Shown here: one piece after another, positions 62,848 to 64,000 of the stretch
How the letters are laid out: every line of letters begins with the position of its first letter
Position numbering within the stretch: position 1 is the first letter of the stretch
Origin: Chthoniobacterales bacterium
GTDB taxonomy: Bacteria; Verrucomicrobiota; Verrucomicrobiia; Chthoniobacterales; Chthoniobacteraceae
Assembly: GCA_038207335.1 (NCBI GenBank)
Contig: JBBQZX010000015.1
Span: 55,445 to 119,444, forward strand
Reading direction: 5' to 3'
DNA length: 64,000 nucleotides
Translations under genes and position numbers: made by a program
The notes under the pieces: model-generated
The model's database searches: none
What the model was told of the DNA's origin: nothing
Seen by the model: the letters and a program-made list of their open reading frames with translations, nothing else

Positions 62848-63411
62848 ATGCGTTCTCTAATAATCATCGTTTTTAGCCTCGCGTTTGCTGGGCTGTCACA
62901 CGCGAAGGAGCACAAGAACGTTGGCGACCTTAATCCAGACAAGCTTCGCGTGCTGTCACCCGACGGCGAATACGAACTCTGGAACCAAGACAACATTTTC
63001 GTGATCAATCCGAGAGGCATCGACGGCTCTTTCTTTTCTGACGATGTCCCCGAGTTGGAAGATTCTCTCCGTCATAACGCACTCTATGCGACTTGGAGTC
63101 CAGATAGCCGCATGGTTGCTGTCTGTGTTCCCACCGGCAAGTATATCGAGCACACCTTTGTGTTCCTGCGCCAACCACGCGATGCGTGGAGGTGCCTCCG
63201 CCTTCCATGCGACGATCCCGATTCGCAGGTCGTCCCTCTAAAGTGGCTCGACGCAACCACACTTATGGTAGAGATCAGCGGCAGTTACGGCGGCAAAGCG
63301 GACCATGACATTTATTTCTATACGGCGACATTCAAATACAACCCCGCAAAACACGCCTTCACCAAGGCTTCCGTCACAAAGCCGCACACGAAGAAACCAC
63401 ACTACCAATGA
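62848..63411 (+). CDS. Gene-cassette ORF 1: secreted hypothetical protein with beta-propeller-like SPDG/WSPDS motifs
   Basis: Signal peptide; lower GC than the flanks; stop codon 1 nt before the attC. Confidence 0.8.
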   Translation: MRSLIIIVFSLAFAGLSHAKEHKNVGDLNPDKLRVLSPDGEYELWNQDNIFVINPRGIDGSFFSDDVPELEDSLRHNALYATWSPDSRMVAVCVPTGKYIEHTFVFLRQPRDAWRCLRLPCDDPDSQVVPLKWLDATTLMVEISGSYGGKADHDIYFYTATFKYNPAKHAFTKASVTKPHTKKPHYQ

Positions 63412-63412
63412 C

Positions 63413-63515
63413 GCCTAACCAAGCGATGCAGCGAACGCTCCGGGCTGGTCACGTCTCCTGCTTGGGCAGGAGTCGCGCCCATCCCTCCGTGTCGCTGATC
63501 TTGAGGTCGTTAGGC
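63413..63515 (+). other. Integron attC recombination site
   Basis: R'' GCCTAAC, 5 nt, L'' GATGCAGC ... L' GCTGATC, 8 nt, R' GTTAGGC; extra G in L''; inner CTCCTGC/GCAGGAG hairpin. Confidence 0.9.
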
Positions 63516-63553
63516 GATTTTCGCGCACCGTTCCTACAATCTTGCATCTCATT

Positions 63554-63868
63554 ATGTTTCTGACCCGCAATGATGACCAATTTGTTGATGCGGCATTCTC
63601 ATTCGACCGGCGCACGACAATGCTCGCGAAGCTTCACAGACACCGGAAGCTCTGGATTATTGTGTCCGCGATCCAAGCCATCTGTCTCGTCGGTGAGTCC
63701 ATCGGACGTTTCTTCGGAGAGCGTGCATCGCCTTCTGCCCTCCCTGCCATCGGCCTTTGCTTTGCGGTATCTCTCATCATTTTGCGAGACGTGGCGACCC
63801 GCATCTGGCTTGTTGAGATCATCCAGCGAACTACGAACAAGCCCGGTGAGCCTAATCAAAGCGCCTAA
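63554..63868 (+). CDS. Gene-cassette ORF 2: small two-TM hypothetical protein
   Basis: Starts just after GTTAGGC; its stop TAA lies inside the next GCCTAAC R'' box. Confidence 0.7.
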   Translation: MFLTRNDDQFVDAAFSFDRRTTMLAKLHRHRKLWIIVSAIQAICLVGESIGRFFGERASPSALPAIGLCFAVSLIILRDVATRIWLVEIIQRTTNKPGEPNQSA

Positions 63869-63869
63869 C

Positions 63870-64000
63870 TGTTGCGCCTCGACAGGTTGTGCGCAGTGAT
63901 GGGGAGTCTGGAGGATGGGGCGAGGGAGTGCAAGGCGGAGTGGGGGCGGTGGAAGTTGTAGTCGTGGAGGTAGTGAGGGAGGAAGGTGGCGCGGTGGTCG
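63870..64000 (-). mobile_element. Right end of an IS481-family insertion sequence (runs off the window)
   Basis: End begins TGT at 63870. Minus-strand frame reads DHRATFLPHYLHDYNFHRPHSALHSLAPSSRLPITAHNLSRRNS*, with the stop TAG (63865-67) formed from target DNA. Confidence 0.85.

Overview
This is a GC-rich bacterial chromosome segment, very likely PVC superphylum (Verrucomicrobia-like). That call rests on a PEP-CTERM protein, a LEPR-XLL-type protein, a PVC-type CxxCH dehydrogenase and an ECF sigma/Ser-Thr kinase pair. Core content includes gap-pgk-tpiA, a hopanoid cluster (hpnH-shc-hpnO), nfeD, pfk, sodA, tRNA-Thr-tuf-tRNA-Trp-secE-nusG-rplK (terminated with no rplA), proS, lutBC, uxaC, ftsK and manA. 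There are also three very large surface beta-strand-repeat proteins. The last 1.8 kb holds the start of an integron-type cassette array with no adjacent integrase. Its attI-like site is split by a 149-bp MITE with perfect inverted repeats, it has one intact attC, and a second attC is interrupted just after its R'' box by an IS481-family element. Also seen are several decayed genes, an unnamed helical module shared by a kinase and an OB-fold protein, and kb-scale G/C strand-skew patches that ignore gene orientation. All assignments come from motif recognition by eye; no database searches were run.
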